A stretch of 64,000 nt of DNA from Haliotis cracherodii (Eukaryota): positions 49,600,001 to 49,664,000 of the forward strand of contig NW_027266343.1 of the NCBI RefSeq assembly GCF_022045235.1, in the 5' to 3' direction. The position numbers were made by a program, and so were the translations under genes. The notes beneath the pieces were generated by a model that was not told where the DNA came from, made no database searches, and worked only from the letters and a program-made list of their open reading frames with translations. Below, one piece after another: positions 10,394 through 24,303 of this stretch (the first letter of the stretch is position 1; each line of letters opens with the position of its first letter).

Positions 10394-13097
10394 TTCCTCA
10401 TAATTAGAGGAGTTGACATCCATGTATTCTCTTCCTTAAATTGGTCCATGTACATCAACAGAGAGTACCTAGTCTCTATGCCGGCAGATATATGCTGGTT
10501 GGATGTGTACATGCTTCTAATGCAGCCCGTAAGCATGGAAAGTGTTGTACTTAATACATGCAAACTTTAAAGGATGTACGATGCATCCTTCATAGTTAGG
10601 CTCAGAACTTTTCAACCCTTGCAAAAACTGTACTCTTTACAACCAAAACTTAATATAATTTGACAAATATCCTAAAAAACATGACTATCTTCTTAATTAA
10701 CTATATTTGACAAGAGATGGAAAAACAATATTTTCATTATCAAATCAATTTTTGGATGAAACTAGCTCTGATGCTTTTGGCAGTATTGACATTATTCTGA
10801 AACAATATATTATCCTTTCCTCATGCAATGTCTTGATGGATGACACGGAACTTTCTTTATCAAGGGAGAATTTTTTTTCACTTAATCTCCAATACGAAAT
10901 AGGTGATTTTCAGCGGGAGCCATTGAGCAGTTGGCATATTGGGTTACTTTCCAGCATGTGAACAATACAATAATCATCAACTAGTGGAGGTCTGAACTTG
11001 AAACTACAGGAGACCACCCTGCGAAGGAGATGATTAGCGTTTACATGCGACAGACAGTATCAGAATCCTTGTCCAAATCGATTCCATGGAGAATCATTCA
11101 CTTCAGAGAGTAAGACTTGTAAACTGCTGGGCAGACAACCAGTAATTGATTGAAAATTCAAAGTTTCTTAGGATGAAGCAATCCTGGGCTAATGACAGAT
11201 AACTAAAATCAAGTATTTAACTAACATCTCTGATATTTTAAGATCATGTCCTTTGAGGTTGTCGTATATCAACATCAGCCATGTCAAGGCCTTGTTGCTC
11301 ATTTCGTGGAAGAGGGAAACAACCATTACTTAATGGAAAGTAGCTTGTCACTGAAACATTGATTGAATGGGACATCTAAGTAAATTGAAAACTTTTTCCC
11401 CTGTTTATGAGGAAAATTGAAGTACAAAGACATTTCTCATGAAAAAAAGGACAAAGTGTATGGGGATCATACATAACCATAGTTATAATTAGCATATAAA
11501 TGGAGAAAACAAAAAGTGTAATAATGTTTGCCATTACTGGTTGGCAGCGTTCAGCTGTGGTTGTCCTCAGTGTGGCTACAGTTGGCAAGAACTGGCTTCA
11601 GTGAACATCACAGTGATGAAGTGTAATCTTCATCAGTGTTCCAGCATTACATCCTCTTAGTTTTATGTTTAATAGATGCTATATTTGTCCCCCGTCCTTA
11701 CGCACAAACTTGTGTCATGCCAACTTTTACAGAGTGAGCCATGTTGGCTGAGAGACAACTAACTGCCACCAGAGGGAAACAGAGCCACTAAAACAAGTAC
11801 CAGTATACACCAGGGACAAAGCTGCCCACGGCTTATTATATAAGTACGCAAAGACCTTTTTGACAGAAGAGGGAGGAATTCTTTTTATGTAGCAATTTGC
11901 TTTCAGCAAATGTGTAATTATGTTGACAATAGTCACAATATATTGTGTTATTATGTTTAGTTTTAACAGTACCCAATCATCCATTTTAGTATACATAAAA
12001 AAAGGTGGAGTATGGTCAGTGTTTGAAATAAAAAATTTGCAGGCTGCCATCAGGACCTCCGGCTTTATAAGCTGCAGGCCCTGACTAAACTCTTCAGGCC
12101 CATATTTAAAAATCTGCAGCTGATTGTGACATATAAATCGAAAAGTTTATTTACTGCAGGCAATAAGGACCAAAACAAATTTGAAATCGTATCGTGTAAT
12201 GATTATCTGACAAAAAACGTTTTTTAATATTTTTTTAATGACATACTCTCATACTCACACTGACCTTCAGAAACTGAAAATGATTCCCTCATGACATGCC
12301 TTGAAACTGTTTGATAGTCATGGTATTGTGACCACACTTTCAAGTGTTTCCTCTGCTTCTTGGCATTATATATTACTCAAAAGAAGTTAAGGACCACCCG
12401 AATCTTTCCTATTACTTTAGTTAATCTGTCATGGCATGATATACTCACAGCCAAAAGAAACGCGAAACAAAGAAACATAAAGAGAAGTATGTAATTAAGA
12501 AGAGATGTGCAAGATATGTACCAATTAATTACAAAACTAACAATCAGTCAAGCGTTACCACGGAGTGTCTTTATTCTTATCACAATATGCTGCACGTGAT
12601 TTCCAAACTCTACATGCTAATCCTGCAATCTTAAAATATGACAATAGTCAACAGTCACCCTCCAAGTTATCTCAAAGTCCAAGGCACTATATGGAAATAA
12701 AAGCATAAAAAACCTTTCCATATTCAGAAGAAATCTCATTTGTACTGACTATTTCATGAGCATGAGTATATGAATCACTATCAAATAGGGATGATACCTG
12801 GTGTTCTCAAAAAGGTGAGTGTATCCTTCCCATCAGTGGCACCCATCACAAACACATGCAAAGGCAAATCAATTGTTCACCTGAAAAAGCATCCGTCTGC
12901 TTCAAGGTAAGAGGTCTTCACTGTAAAGTTACCATACTGCTGATAACTCCTCAAGATTTACTTTATATTTCAAGTTGAGTAGTGACTGAATAATTATTGC
13001 TTCATGCCACACCAGCAGTCTTTCAGCTACTCACCGCGATATATTTCAAGTTGACAGTTATTCATATAATGAATGTGATTCTGAACAATGGATTTTA

Positions 13098-13440
13098 CCG
13101 TATTCGACGTAATAAGCGTCCCGCTCTAAGCACCCACGGAGATATTTGCTAATATATTGGCTCGTGAAAATCTCAGTTAGCACCCTTTCCGATTGATTAA
13201 TATACACCAGACTTATTTATTGGTGTATAATATGCACTTGTGTGTTATATGCACCCTTAATTATGGGCAATTAAATCCTGTAAAAATATATCTGTCGTAT
13301 ATAAACATTTCAGGCTGTCAGCATTAACCACGAAATTTACGATCTATCAACTCGGTTTTTTTCACCTAAATAATATTCTAATAAGAGCCCCCTATTTCTA
13401 ATTTTGAGAGTGCCCTGGGTGCTTATTACATCGAATACGG
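13098..13440. mobile_element. Tc1/mariner-type MITE family M2 (uninterrupted copy)
   Basis: TA|CCGTATTCGACGTAATAAGC ... GCTTATTACATCGAATACGG|TA. Confidence 0.9.
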
Positions 13441-15260
13441 TATATATGTTTTATTAACTATATTGTACTTTTCTTCTCGCAAGACAAGGCATGAAATATG
13501 TTTCAATACTGAAATGATTGGATAATGTCCAAAATTTCCTCAGGATGAGATGAATACTGATGATCTGGTAACAGCACTGCTAGCATGATTAATGAATCTA
13601 CAGAATCAGAGATGCGCTGTAAGCATACTCCAACCGAGAATATATATAGTCACATGCTGTTTCATGTGGCTGTTTAATGAAGCTTTCACTGTATGTCATG
13701 TTTTAGGGCGATGGCAAACAGCCCCTAGGGCGTCAGGCTCTCCCTGCATGTGTGTTTTAGGACGATGGTAAGTGCTCATTGGATGCAATATGCTAAATAA
13801 TACAGAGATTACTATCCACATGGGAGAAAGTTGCGGCAGAAATTCTGCGACGAACAGATAATTTTATTTCATTTTGAAGAAAAACTTAATTTATTCTCTC
13901 ACATTTTTTTACCCGGTGTTCCATCATCAGGTCATGGCTGTGAAAAACACACACAGCTAGCAATTTTCAAAATCCTTGGCTGCAGCCATAGTAACTGATG
14001 AGATAACAGAATAAATATACACCATAGCAAAAGTAAGATCTATCACAACATATAAAAAATGAAAGAAGAATATTGAAGGTGACATACTTCAACAGACAAT
14101 ATCTCTGATACAACTTTCACCATATTTGCCCATAAATAAAAGCAAAAGCCTGTCAGTGGATACTTAATTTCAAGCCAAATGAAACCAAGAGTGGTATCTC
14201 TGGCAATCTTCTCCACAGCACCGAGCACATGGAAGCTGTTCATCCATCATGCTGCTTGCGGTATAGGGTTGTTACAACATCACCATTGATCCCTTTAACA
14301 GGCCGTACTGTGTTGGTCTCACCACAAGCTACGAGGCCTGCTCCACAAAGCGATCTAATAGCTACGACTGTTGTAAGCAAATGCTAAAGAATGGGAGTTA
14401 CGATCGTCTTAGCGCCGTTTCGCTCTTTGGACTGTTGAGCTTCCAAACTGCCACAATACTATCATCCATGATTCACACCACTAGACTAAATTATCCCACA
14501 TAAATACCATATCTAGCACAGAGTGTGGCATTGCAGGCTTTTATTGGTGGTATGTAGTTAACTCTGTCTCCTGGATGATGTACTGAGGCTGGTTCATAGT
14601 GCAAACAGTGAGCGTCTTATATGTAAGTTGTTACGTATATGAGCGTCGAGGGAATCCATATTGAAAATTGATGAAGTCTGTCACCTCTTTGTCTAGATCA
14701 TGAGAAAGTGGGGAATTCTAATAATTTAGATCATGTAATAAGATTGTTGGAATTATTTGTCTTGTTTTCAATAATCTTCTCTCCAGAGATTTGTGAGGAA
14801 TCTGACCATTTGTTCATTATCAAACTTGAATACTTGAGAAATTACTTCATAATGCAATAAAACGTGAATCATTTCTGGAATATTAGATAATTCAAAGTTA
14901 TTTGATGTTCTTGTCTGGTCTGGTTTTCAAGCATAAGATCATAGCACTCTTTTCCAGATAACCTTTAGCATCTCCTTGACTTGTGTCTTGCTTCCCTATA
15001 AGAATAAAATGGCGGAATCAACTTTTTTCAATATAGCATATTGAACCACTATCTTTCTTCTTTTGATTGTGACTGAATTATAAGTATTATGAAAACCGTT
15101 ATTTCTTTTTCTACTCAGATCTGCTTACAACTAAAACACTTTTGCTCTCATTATCTGAAACTTCTACACAATACATCTATCAATCACCTTTGATACATGC
15201 ATACATGCGTGCGTGCGTGCGTGCGAGCAAGCGCATATGCATTGGACAAGACCAAACACA

Positions 15261-15710
15261 TTTCCTAACTTGCCTTTCAGCATATGTCGGTATGTTCACA
15301 GCAAAATGTTATCACCTTTTCCTAACTTGGATTACAGCATGTCGGTATGTTCACAGCAAAATGTTATCATCTTTTCCTAACTTGGATTACAGCATGTCGG
15401 TATGTTCATAGCAAAATGTTATCATCTTTTCCTAACTTGCCTTTCAGCATATGTCGGTATGTTCATAGCAAAATGTTATCATCTTTCCCTAACTTGCCTT
15501 TCAGCATATGTCGGTATGTCCACAGCAAAATGTTATCATCTTTTCCTAACTTGCCTTTCAGCATATGTCGGTATGTTCACAGCAAAATGTTATCATCTTT
15601 TCCTAACTTGACTTTCAGCATATGTCGGTATGTCCATAGCAAAATGTTATCATCTTTACCTAACTTGCCTTTCAGCATATCGGTATGTCCACAGCAAAAG
15701 TTATCACTTT
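15261..15710. repeat. 57-bp minisatellite, about 8 copies
   Basis: Unit TTTCCTAACTTGCCTTTCAGCATATGTCGGTATGTTCACAGCAAAATGTTATCATCT; explains the 19-aa periodic ORFs. Confidence 0.95.
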
Positions 15711-17278
15711 CATATTTATTCAAGTCCATAAACTTCTTTATAAATTCCCCTGGAATGAGTTTACGCAATAGCAGTGTCTCTTGCTGCTATAAACAGCAAA
15801 GATAACATTATTGAAGCAATGGAAAATGTGTTATGTACGTTTACTTCTTTCAATAACTGAACATGTTATATTCTCTTTCATCTAAATATTCATTGTTTTT
15901 TATGTGTAATTTCTAACTTATTTCAACTAAAGAATAAGCATAGTTCATAGGAGAAAAAATACAAAGAGCGATCTGTTGTATTTGAAAACTCATTAATTCA
16001 GTACAAGAATAGATAAGCTACATATCCTACACAACTTTATTACTTGCTTTGTTCGTTATTTCCATGAATTCGCAATCATGATTGTCTTACCATCAAACCT
16101 GATAGCTCGTTTCATTTTACTTGTTTGTACATCAATGTTTGGAAGTGATTTATTCTGATTACTTGTCTTGATATTATTCAGGATGTTGAAGATTGGGAAG
16201 TAATCAAAATGAACAAAGAAAGTAATTCCAGGTTTACAAGAAGTTTGGTCACTGTCATTGACATCAATCTTGTGAACATGTTGTGCTGGCTATCATCCCA
16301 GATCTGAGGGTTGTCGTACACTTTAGTCAGCCACACTGCACCAGCCATTGTACAATACGTACACAATCACGCAATGTGGAAATAAACCTGTTAGAGTTGT
16401 CTCTCAGTATAGACCTTTGCAGCACAATATGAGTATATTGATCATGTCACATTAAGAACTCCCATAATGGGAGGGGGCAGGGTGCACCAATTGTCTAATG
16501 TGCAGAATTTGCCAGACAGAGTAGTTTTTCTGAACTGAGCCAGGATCTGCTGATCATGGGTTCCCGCACAGATTATGATACTTGGTGTTGCAAATTACCA
16601 GGGCCGATATTTAGCAGACTTTCTGAACACATTACTCTAATACTGTTTAACTGAGAGGCACATTAGAATTAAACTAGAATAAAATTGTATTACACAATGA
16701 AAATTATTGATACAAAAAAAACCCTGATATACAGTTTTTTCTTTTAACTATTGACCGTCTACAGCTAAGCTATTACAAGGCAATACTTTGGCTGAATACA
16801 ATTGCAAAATCAAGACCTCTGGAAGGAGAATCTAGCTCATCATTGTGTGTCAACTCTAGGGAAGGGGACATCTCTACAGTTAATTGTCCTTCATTCAGGG
16901 AAAAAGGTATTCACTGTGCCAGCTGAGTATATGGCTAATCAGGAAATGGAACAATCAGAGCCTTGCAATACTTTCTAATGATGTATTACTTTATTTAGTT
17001 TGAATATGACAAACAGAGACTTTGTCTGCCATCTCTTGGGCGCATTGTAATTTGCATTAATCCATGATGAACAAATGATGTGAAAATAGTTGCAAGATGT
17101 CAGACAATAACCCATTAACTGTCTGCAATGATTTGGAGAAGGGCAGTGTGTATCATTGTTACTTGGCATCAGGATCATGACAACTCAGAAAATAGTATTC
17201 CTTGTAACATGGGCCCTTTGGATGAAAAAAATATTACTGCAACCAATATATATTCCTTTTTAATGCAATTTATACATA

Positions 17279-18759
17279 CAGTAGTCGACGTAATAAGCGC
17301 CTTGCTCTAATAAGCCCCCATGGTGATATTTGCTAATATATCGGCTAGTGAACAATCCCAATTAGCACCCCTTCCGATTGATCAATGTACCTTTACATGC
17401 ACCCTTAATTATGGGCAATGAAATTCTGGAAAAATATATCTGTCATATATAAACATTTCAGGCTGTCAGCATAAACCACAAAATTTATCTTTCAACTCAC
17501 CTCAACTCTTTTTTGTCACCAAAATAATATTCTAACAAGAAAGAAGTGAGCAAAGCTCACATACCCCCGTTATTCCCGCAGGTCAACAACAAATAGTAAA
17601 TAGTTTGTTAATTAATGAAATATTACATATTTCTAACTGATTTTAACTTCAATGTTTTAAAAACTAAGACTGAGTTTCAGTGACAATTGGCCCCCCTACC
17701 CCCCACCCCCCACCTCCCAAGTTGTAGTACGATGTAGTAGATCACCATGAACACCTCTGAATAAAAATTTGATTGAGGAGTTACATAAGAAGAATTATCA
17801 AAAGGACCAAAAACTGTTGATATAAAAACAATATCATATAAGAAATTCACTAAATTAATCATTTCCATCTAGCCTTAACTGGTAAAGAATTCAAACTATC
17901 ACAAAGCACAGATACTTATGATGATCTACATGTATGGAAACAATTTTTGAAAATATATTATTTATACAAAACCAGTCATCAAAATTTCTAAATTCCATCA
18001 TGTTTCCATGAAAACAGCAAAAGACTAAACTTTCTGAATGTTATAAAAGATAAAAAAACAATCATAGCGGTTAATGTAGCAAGTTTGCTGAAGCTAGGAT
18101 ACATAATATTGTAAACATGGATCATACAAAAACTCTACCCAAAATTTATTTTTCACCATGATTCCAAGGAAACGGCAAAAATTAAAAAATTCTGAATCTT
18201 CAAACTAGCAAAAGGCTCAAGTACTCATTGTGGTTAATGTGTGTAGAAAGTTTGGTGAAGCTAGGGTGCATAGTTAAAAAGATATAGGCCGTACAAAACA
18301 CCCACCCTAAAAGTTTAAGTTCCTAATGTTTCCATGGAAACGGCAAAAATTAAAAATTTAGAATCTTCAAACTAGCAAAAGGCACAAGTACTCATTGTGG
18401 TTAATGTGTGTGGAAAGTTTGGTGAAGCTAGGGTGTGTAGTTAAAAAGATATAGGCCGTACAAAACAGCCACCCTAAAAGTTTAAGTTCCTTATGTTTCC
18501 ATGGAAACGGCAAAAATTAAATAGTTCCGAATCTTCAAACTAGCAAAAGGCACAAGTACTCATTGTGGTAAATGTGTGTAGCAAGTTTGGTGAAGCTAGG
18601 GTGCATAGTTAAAAAGTTATGGGCCGTACAAAAGCTCGGACAGAAGGACGGACGAACGGAATGCTATATACCCCGATTTACTTCGTAAACGGGGGTATAA
18701 TAAGAGCCCCCTATTTCTTATTTTGAGAGCGCCCTGGGCGCTTATTCCATCGAATACGG
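17279..18759. mobile_element. MITE family M2, split by a HINE insertion
   Basis: TA|CAGTAGTCGACGTAATAAGC ... GCTTATTCCATCGAATACGG|TA; collinear with 13098-13440 on both sides of 17535-18699. Confidence 0.9.
17535..18699. mobile_element. Non-autonomous Helentron (HINE-type) element with about 167-bp internal repeats
   Basis: ACAAG start, hairpin GTGAGC-AAA-GCTCAC, sub-terminal IR ATACCCCCG / CGGGGGTAT, about 4 units (18005, 18163, 18331, 18498), GGAC microsatellite, terminal hairpin; inserted in A|A (TT) without TSD. Confidence 0.88.
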
Positions 18760-19144
18760 TATTATTGTTTAGATGCATTTTCATTTGAATGCACTTCTAG
18801 ATATAAATCAAGATGACTAGTCATAATCAGGGCCTGTAAGTCATGAAGTGTCTCACTGACTGAGAAAACAATGTTGAGAAAATGTCAGACAAATGGTGAT
18901 GATGAACACAACATAATATGAGTCACCTGTATCATGAGATGGGTACCGACTATGGTCAGCAATGAGAGTGCCACATAGACAACCCCCCAACATGCTGACC
19001 ATTTCTAAATGCTGACATGGTAAAGGTGCACTGGGTTTCCTAAGGTGTCATCACTGATTTTCAGCGGTCCTTTCATATAATTTTCACAGCCTTTCGACCT
19101 TTAACCATCTGTTTCAGCAATAATAAAGACTGGTTTGTCTCTTG

Positions 19145-19430
19145 CACTGATGTTTATTTAACATGTTTCTGCGTGCTGCATTTACTAGTTTGGACTTAGG
19201 CCAGTTTTATGGTGCTTGCCCACTGAGACACAGTTTAATGTGGATACCCCACTTAGACAGTACATGACTCAAAGTTGGCCAGTCCTAGCCATATGCTCTA
19301 TACTGACTGCCAGGCAGGGTAACAAGAAGGACCTTCTTTTAATGACTTTTGGAGTGATGCGTCAAGGGGATGTAGCCATTGATCTTCTGCACTCCGGGCA
19401 GACGCTGCATTCACTGCACACGCTGAGCAA
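19145..19430 (-). mobile_element. Diverged SINE family A copy
   Basis: Collinear similarity to 5448-5798 (CCCACTGAGA, ATACCCCACT.AGAC, GGTAACAA, CTCCGGGC.GACGCT). Confidence 0.7.
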
Positions 19431-19865
19431 ATGATGAGGGATGTGTTTACAAGATATCAAGAGATCAACTTCCTCAACAGATATTTGTTTCCGGAGGTTT
19501 AATTACAACTCAAATAAAACACATGCCTTAATCTAAAATCAATAGTCTGTTATAGAATGTTGAGTGCTTTTTGATGAGATGATCATCTAATCTGTTATTA
19601 ATATGAAATACCATTTTCTTCTCAATAGCAATGTCAAAATCAGTGAAGTTCACACAAAAATCACCAAAAGAAATTGAGTTAGCGATGAAGCAGAGAAAGC
19701 ATGATGATTGACTCTTGCAAAGGAAAAGTTGAAAGGCAAGTTTTCCAGAACAAGATATTTGCGGAAGACAAACTTGGTATATGCCAAAAGGATCCTGCAG
19801 TACTACATCAGAGAGAACCTACATCAGTGTAGCTGTATCACCATGGCAGTGCCTGGCAATGAATA

Positions 19866-20650
19866 CAGCCTTTGAAATTCAAGCTAGTCCGCTAACCTGG
19901 GACAAGTAACAATCCAATGCAGTGTTCCCACTGGTTTTTGAAGATCCCAGTCCTGGTGGACTGGCAACTCTAAAAATTACCAGTCCCCTCTAATTTTTGT
20001 CAGTCCCAACTTTCAACAAATAAAAAAACATGTGAATATTACCTGGTTTTCATTCTTCCAACTTCATGTTCAGTGCGGTGTACGTTCATAGCTGCCAAAT
20101 GCAATGCTGTCATCTCTGATGTAACTTAGTTAAATCTACATGTCATTCACACAAAGTTCACTCACAATTTTCTCTCTGTTTTTTTTTAATATTTAACTTT
20201 GGCTCGAGACTTAATAGTTGGAACATACATGTATAAATATTCATCCCTCGAAGCAAAGCAAAATGTTATTTTCTTGCACGAAAAATAGACATGGGAAACC
20301 CTGATGGTAACAGACAAGCTGAGTTCTTTCAAAAGATATACTTATACGAATATTGCCACTGTTTGCTTCAACAACAAAATTTATAAGGTACCTTATTTTC
20401 CAGTCCAAAGGGACTGACAGTCACATGAAATACCAATCTAAGCCTAATTTTACCTGTAAAAATACCGATGAACGGGAACACTGATCAAATGATCCCATTT
20501 GTAGAAAAATCAAAGCAATGAGAATTGGTTCCGAACTATAGCCCTCAAATGCAATTAGTTAATGAGGGCTACCACCATTGAGATTTTTACTTGTCTTCAG
20601 CATGGTTCAGTAGCATGGGGCAAGCAGACTAGCATAATTTTCGAAAGCTG
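19866..20650. mobile_element. CAG-terminal TIR element hosting a nested hAT-like MITE
   Basis: CAGCCTTTGAAATT / AATTTTCGAAAGCTG termini; TSD not clear. Confidence 0.55.
19920..20483. mobile_element. hAT-like MITE
   Basis: TIR CAGTGTTCCC / GGGAACACTG with an 8-bp TSD ATCCAATG / ATCAAATG (one mismatch). Confidence 0.8.
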
Positions 20651-21514
20651 GCAATGTGATAAACGTTTTAAGTTTACAACAACATAATTTTTTAATGTTA
20701 CTTAGCTTTCCCATTGGACAAAAGGTTGGTCACATGACTGCAAAACTGATAAGAGTATGATCGAATCATTTTGACGCCCAAATACTTTTTTTTACGGGAT
20801 AATACTTTTGAAATGACGTAAACACTGACGGACTACTTACACATTCCTGGGGAAACCCCTGGGAATTCCAAAGCATGAATACACAGAGAAGGGTTGTTTC
20901 TTATCATTTTGACCAGTTAATCTTGAACTAGCATTTTAGCATACATTAGGATAAGTCAGAGAGTTTACCTGCATGACCCATCCAAAAGAACTAAACAAAG
21001 AAATTGCTCATCCAAACTTTTGACTCAATCAGTGTCTAGACAGACAAGTATAAGCGCTCTATAAATTTATGTGAGTATCTATTTGACACCTTTATAATCA
21101 CCTTTAAATGAACGTCTAAATGATCAATGATGACTAACACTTGTAATCACCAGTTTCATGAACAACTTCGAAAATTTCTCCCAGCACGTCTCTCACATTG
21201 GTCATTTTGACATCCAGTATTTGATGTAAATGTTTTACCATGCACTGTCACATTGACCGATTTACTGAGGTAGTTCTTCAGAGACCCATTTCATCCAATG
21301 ATGATATTATTTGAAACCAAACTACAAAATATGTGTCAGTAGAGACATTTGAGCATACATATGCTTATTTAACCTTTTAATAAACTATATTTATTCAGTG
21401 TTTCAGTTGGTTGCTCTATGGCTCTCTGGGTAAACATGTATGGGGTCACACATACTAAATGGAATTGTGTAATACATCCCTCGAGGTATAAAATAGTGAC
21501 ATAAAAGATTATAA

Positions 21515-21615
21515 GAATTGAATTTCACTTTTTGTCGCAAACTCTGACGTTCAGTCCATAAAGTTTGGCCCTTACTCTATGGAGGTTCATACTCACGCAA
21601 AGTGAAAGTCAATTC
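21515..21615. mobile_element. Small TIR element
   Basis: TAAGAATTGAATTTCACTTTT / AAAAGTGAAAGTCAATTCTTA inverted repeats in an ATAA / TTAA context. Confidence 0.6.
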
Positions 21616-21747
21616 TTAAATGCAGATTATTTTGTAGCATGTATGTCATCATATATATCATGTCATATGCTGTAAATCGTGAAAATAATGTCTCACCCAA
21701 TTATTGCGAGTGTTGACATAGGTCATGAAATTAATGCGAGTAGCCCA

Positions 21748-23092
21748 GTATACATGTATCATGTCCAGGTGTTATTGCTGTGTGTGGCAGAAGGTATACA
21801 TGTATCATGTCCAGGTGTTATTGCTGTGTGTGGCAGAAGGTATACATGTATCATGTCCAGGTGTTATTGCTGTGTGTGGCAGAAGGTATACATGTGTCAT
21901 GTCCAGGTGTTATTGCTGTGTGTGGCAGAAGGTATACATGTATCATGTCTAGGTGTTATTGCTGTTTGTGGCAGAAGGTATACATGTGTAATGTCAAGGT
22001 GTTATTGCTGTGTGTCGCAGAAGGTATACATGTATCATGTCCAGGTGTTATTGCTGTTTGTGGCAGAAGGTATACATGTATCATGTCCAGGTGTTATTGC
22101 TGTGTGTGGCAGAAGGTATACATGTATCATGTCTAGGTTTTATTGCTGTGTGTGGCAGAAGGTATACATGTATCATGTCCAGGTGTTATTGCTGTGTGTG
22201 GCAGAAGGTATACATGTATCATGTCCAGGTGTTATTGCTGTGTGTGGCAGAAGGTATACATGTGTCATGTCCAGGTGTTATTGCTGTGTGTGGCAGAAGG
22301 TATACATGTATCATGTCCAGGTGTTATTGCTGTGTGTGGCAGAAGGTATACATGTGTCATGTCCAGGTGTTATTGCTGTGTGTGGCAGAAGGTATACATG
22401 TATCATGTCCAGGTGTTATTGCTGTGTGTGGCAGAAGGTATACATGTATCATGTCTAGGTGTTATTGCTGTGTATGGCAGAAGGTATACATGTATCATGT
22501 CCAGGTGTTATTGCTGTGTGTGGCAGAAGGTATACATGTATCATGTCTAGGTGTTATTGCTGTGTGTGGCAGAAGGTATACATGTATCATGTCCAGGTGT
22601 TATTGCTGTGTGTGTGTGGCAGAAGGTATACATGTATCATGTCCAGGTGTTATTGCTGTGTATGGAATAAGGTATACATGTATCATGTCCAGGTGTTATT
22701 GCTGTGTGTGGCAGAAGGTATACATGTATCATGTCCAGGTGTTATTGCTGTGTGTGGCAGAAGGTATACATGTATCATGTCTAGGTGTTATTGCTGTGTG
22801 TGGCAGAAGGTATACATGTATCATGTCCAGGTGTTATTGCTGTGTGTGGCAGAAGGTATACATGTATCATGTCCAGGTGTTATTGCTGTGTGTGGCAGAA
22901 GGTATACATGTATCATGTGTAGGTGTTATTGCTGTGTGTGGCAGAAGGTATACATGTATCATGTCCAGGTGTTATTGCTGTGTGTGGCAGAAGGTATACA
23001 TGTATCATGTCTAGGTGTTATTGCTGTGTGGCAGAAGGTACACATGTATCATGTGTCGGTGTTATTGCTGTGTGTGTGGCAGAAGGTATACA
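21748..23092. repeat. 46-bp minisatellite, about 29 copies
   Basis: Unit GTATACATGTATCATGTCCAGGTGTTATTGCTGTGTGTGGCAGAAG. Confidence 0.97.
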
Positions 23093-23283
23093 AGGATTTC
23101 AAAACACTTCTTACCCTACATCGCTGTTTTTCAGATCTGTTGATTTGTCCTCATCTGGAAAGAGAAAAAGATATTTTACTTTCCATGGATCATTGATTCA
23201 AACACTGTTTCTTAATCCTCAAATAGAATGTGGTTTGTTGTTGTCTAACACTGCACTCAATAAAACTCAAGCTATATGATGTA

Positions 23284-23430
23284 CAGTAAACCTCGGTTAT
23301 AACAAACTCAAAGGGACTTCTAATTTTAGTTCATTATAACCGTAGTTCGTTATAAGCATATATACAGTAAGTAAGTTCGTTATATCCGTCAGTTCGTTAT
23401 AAGCGAGTTCGTTATAACCGTAGTTGACCG
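23284..23430. mobile_element. MITE family M1, reverse orientation
   Basis: TA|CAGTAAACCTCGGTTATAAC ... GTTATAACCGTAGTTGACCG|TA, with reiterated GTTCGTTATA motifs. Confidence 0.85.
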
Positions 23431-24303
23431 TATGTAATATATATATATATAACTATATATATAAATATATAATCTGTAATCACTTTTCCCTGAAGATAAA
23501 ACTGAAACATGTAGCAATATATATATACATATATATAATAATAATAATTATATATAATAATTAATGTCTTCCAGGACTGATTAATTCCACACGACAAATA
23601 CTATGAAGCTAAAATGCTGCCTCATCAATAGTGCTCCAAATGTGCATCTGCCAAGGTTCCAATGCCCTGCATGGGATCTACTTTTAATGCTAGTATTGGC
23701 TGAGCAAAGGTTTTCAGACAGATTAAAATCTCGCAAATAGACTATTTTTGTCGCAAGCCCCACATCATACAGCTATGGAATGAGATGGACCCCTCCGCCA
23801 GGAACCATCAAGATCCTGTCTCAAGATTACTCACTTTCTGTGAAGGACCTCACTTTCAAGTCAGATACTTCCCACCATAGGTGAGTGTAACTTACATATC
23901 CCCTGACCAATTGCCGATTGGCTATTTCAGATCATGGTCTTGGACCCCCATCAAAAGATATCTGCGATCTAAATCATGTTTGACACTGACAAAGACATCT
24001 GTCAAGTGTAAATATTTAATGGAGGATGAGGTGGGGAGGAGAATCTCCAGAGTGCACCTCTGATAATGAGTTGTGCCAACCATGGAACACCCTACAGCGG
24101 CCACAGGAGGGTGAGGGCATCGATCCTCACTAACCAGATCTCATGTAGTACCCCTGTGGGACATGAAGGTTATTCTTTATCATTAAGTTTGAAATACTGA
24201 CGGGTGATGTTCCTTCTAAATTTTTTCCTTCCTGATATGATCCCGCCATTTCTTGCTGCTATGATTTGTGTTTGATTGTGATGCCTGGTCATCTTGTTTG
24301 AGT

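Noticed and set aside
14500-15190. Possible decayed retroelement coding sequence (NFQYGF on the minus strand)
   Set aside because: A single short motif with many stops; cannot be assigned without a search.
15142-15805. 19-aa repeat ORFs
   Set aside because: Products of the 57-bp minisatellite.
21679-23279. Long Cys-rich ORFs (up to 334 aa) resembling keratin-associated or metallothionein-like proteins
   Set aside because: They are translations of a 46-bp array; the period is not a multiple of 3, so the same peptide cycles through all three frames.
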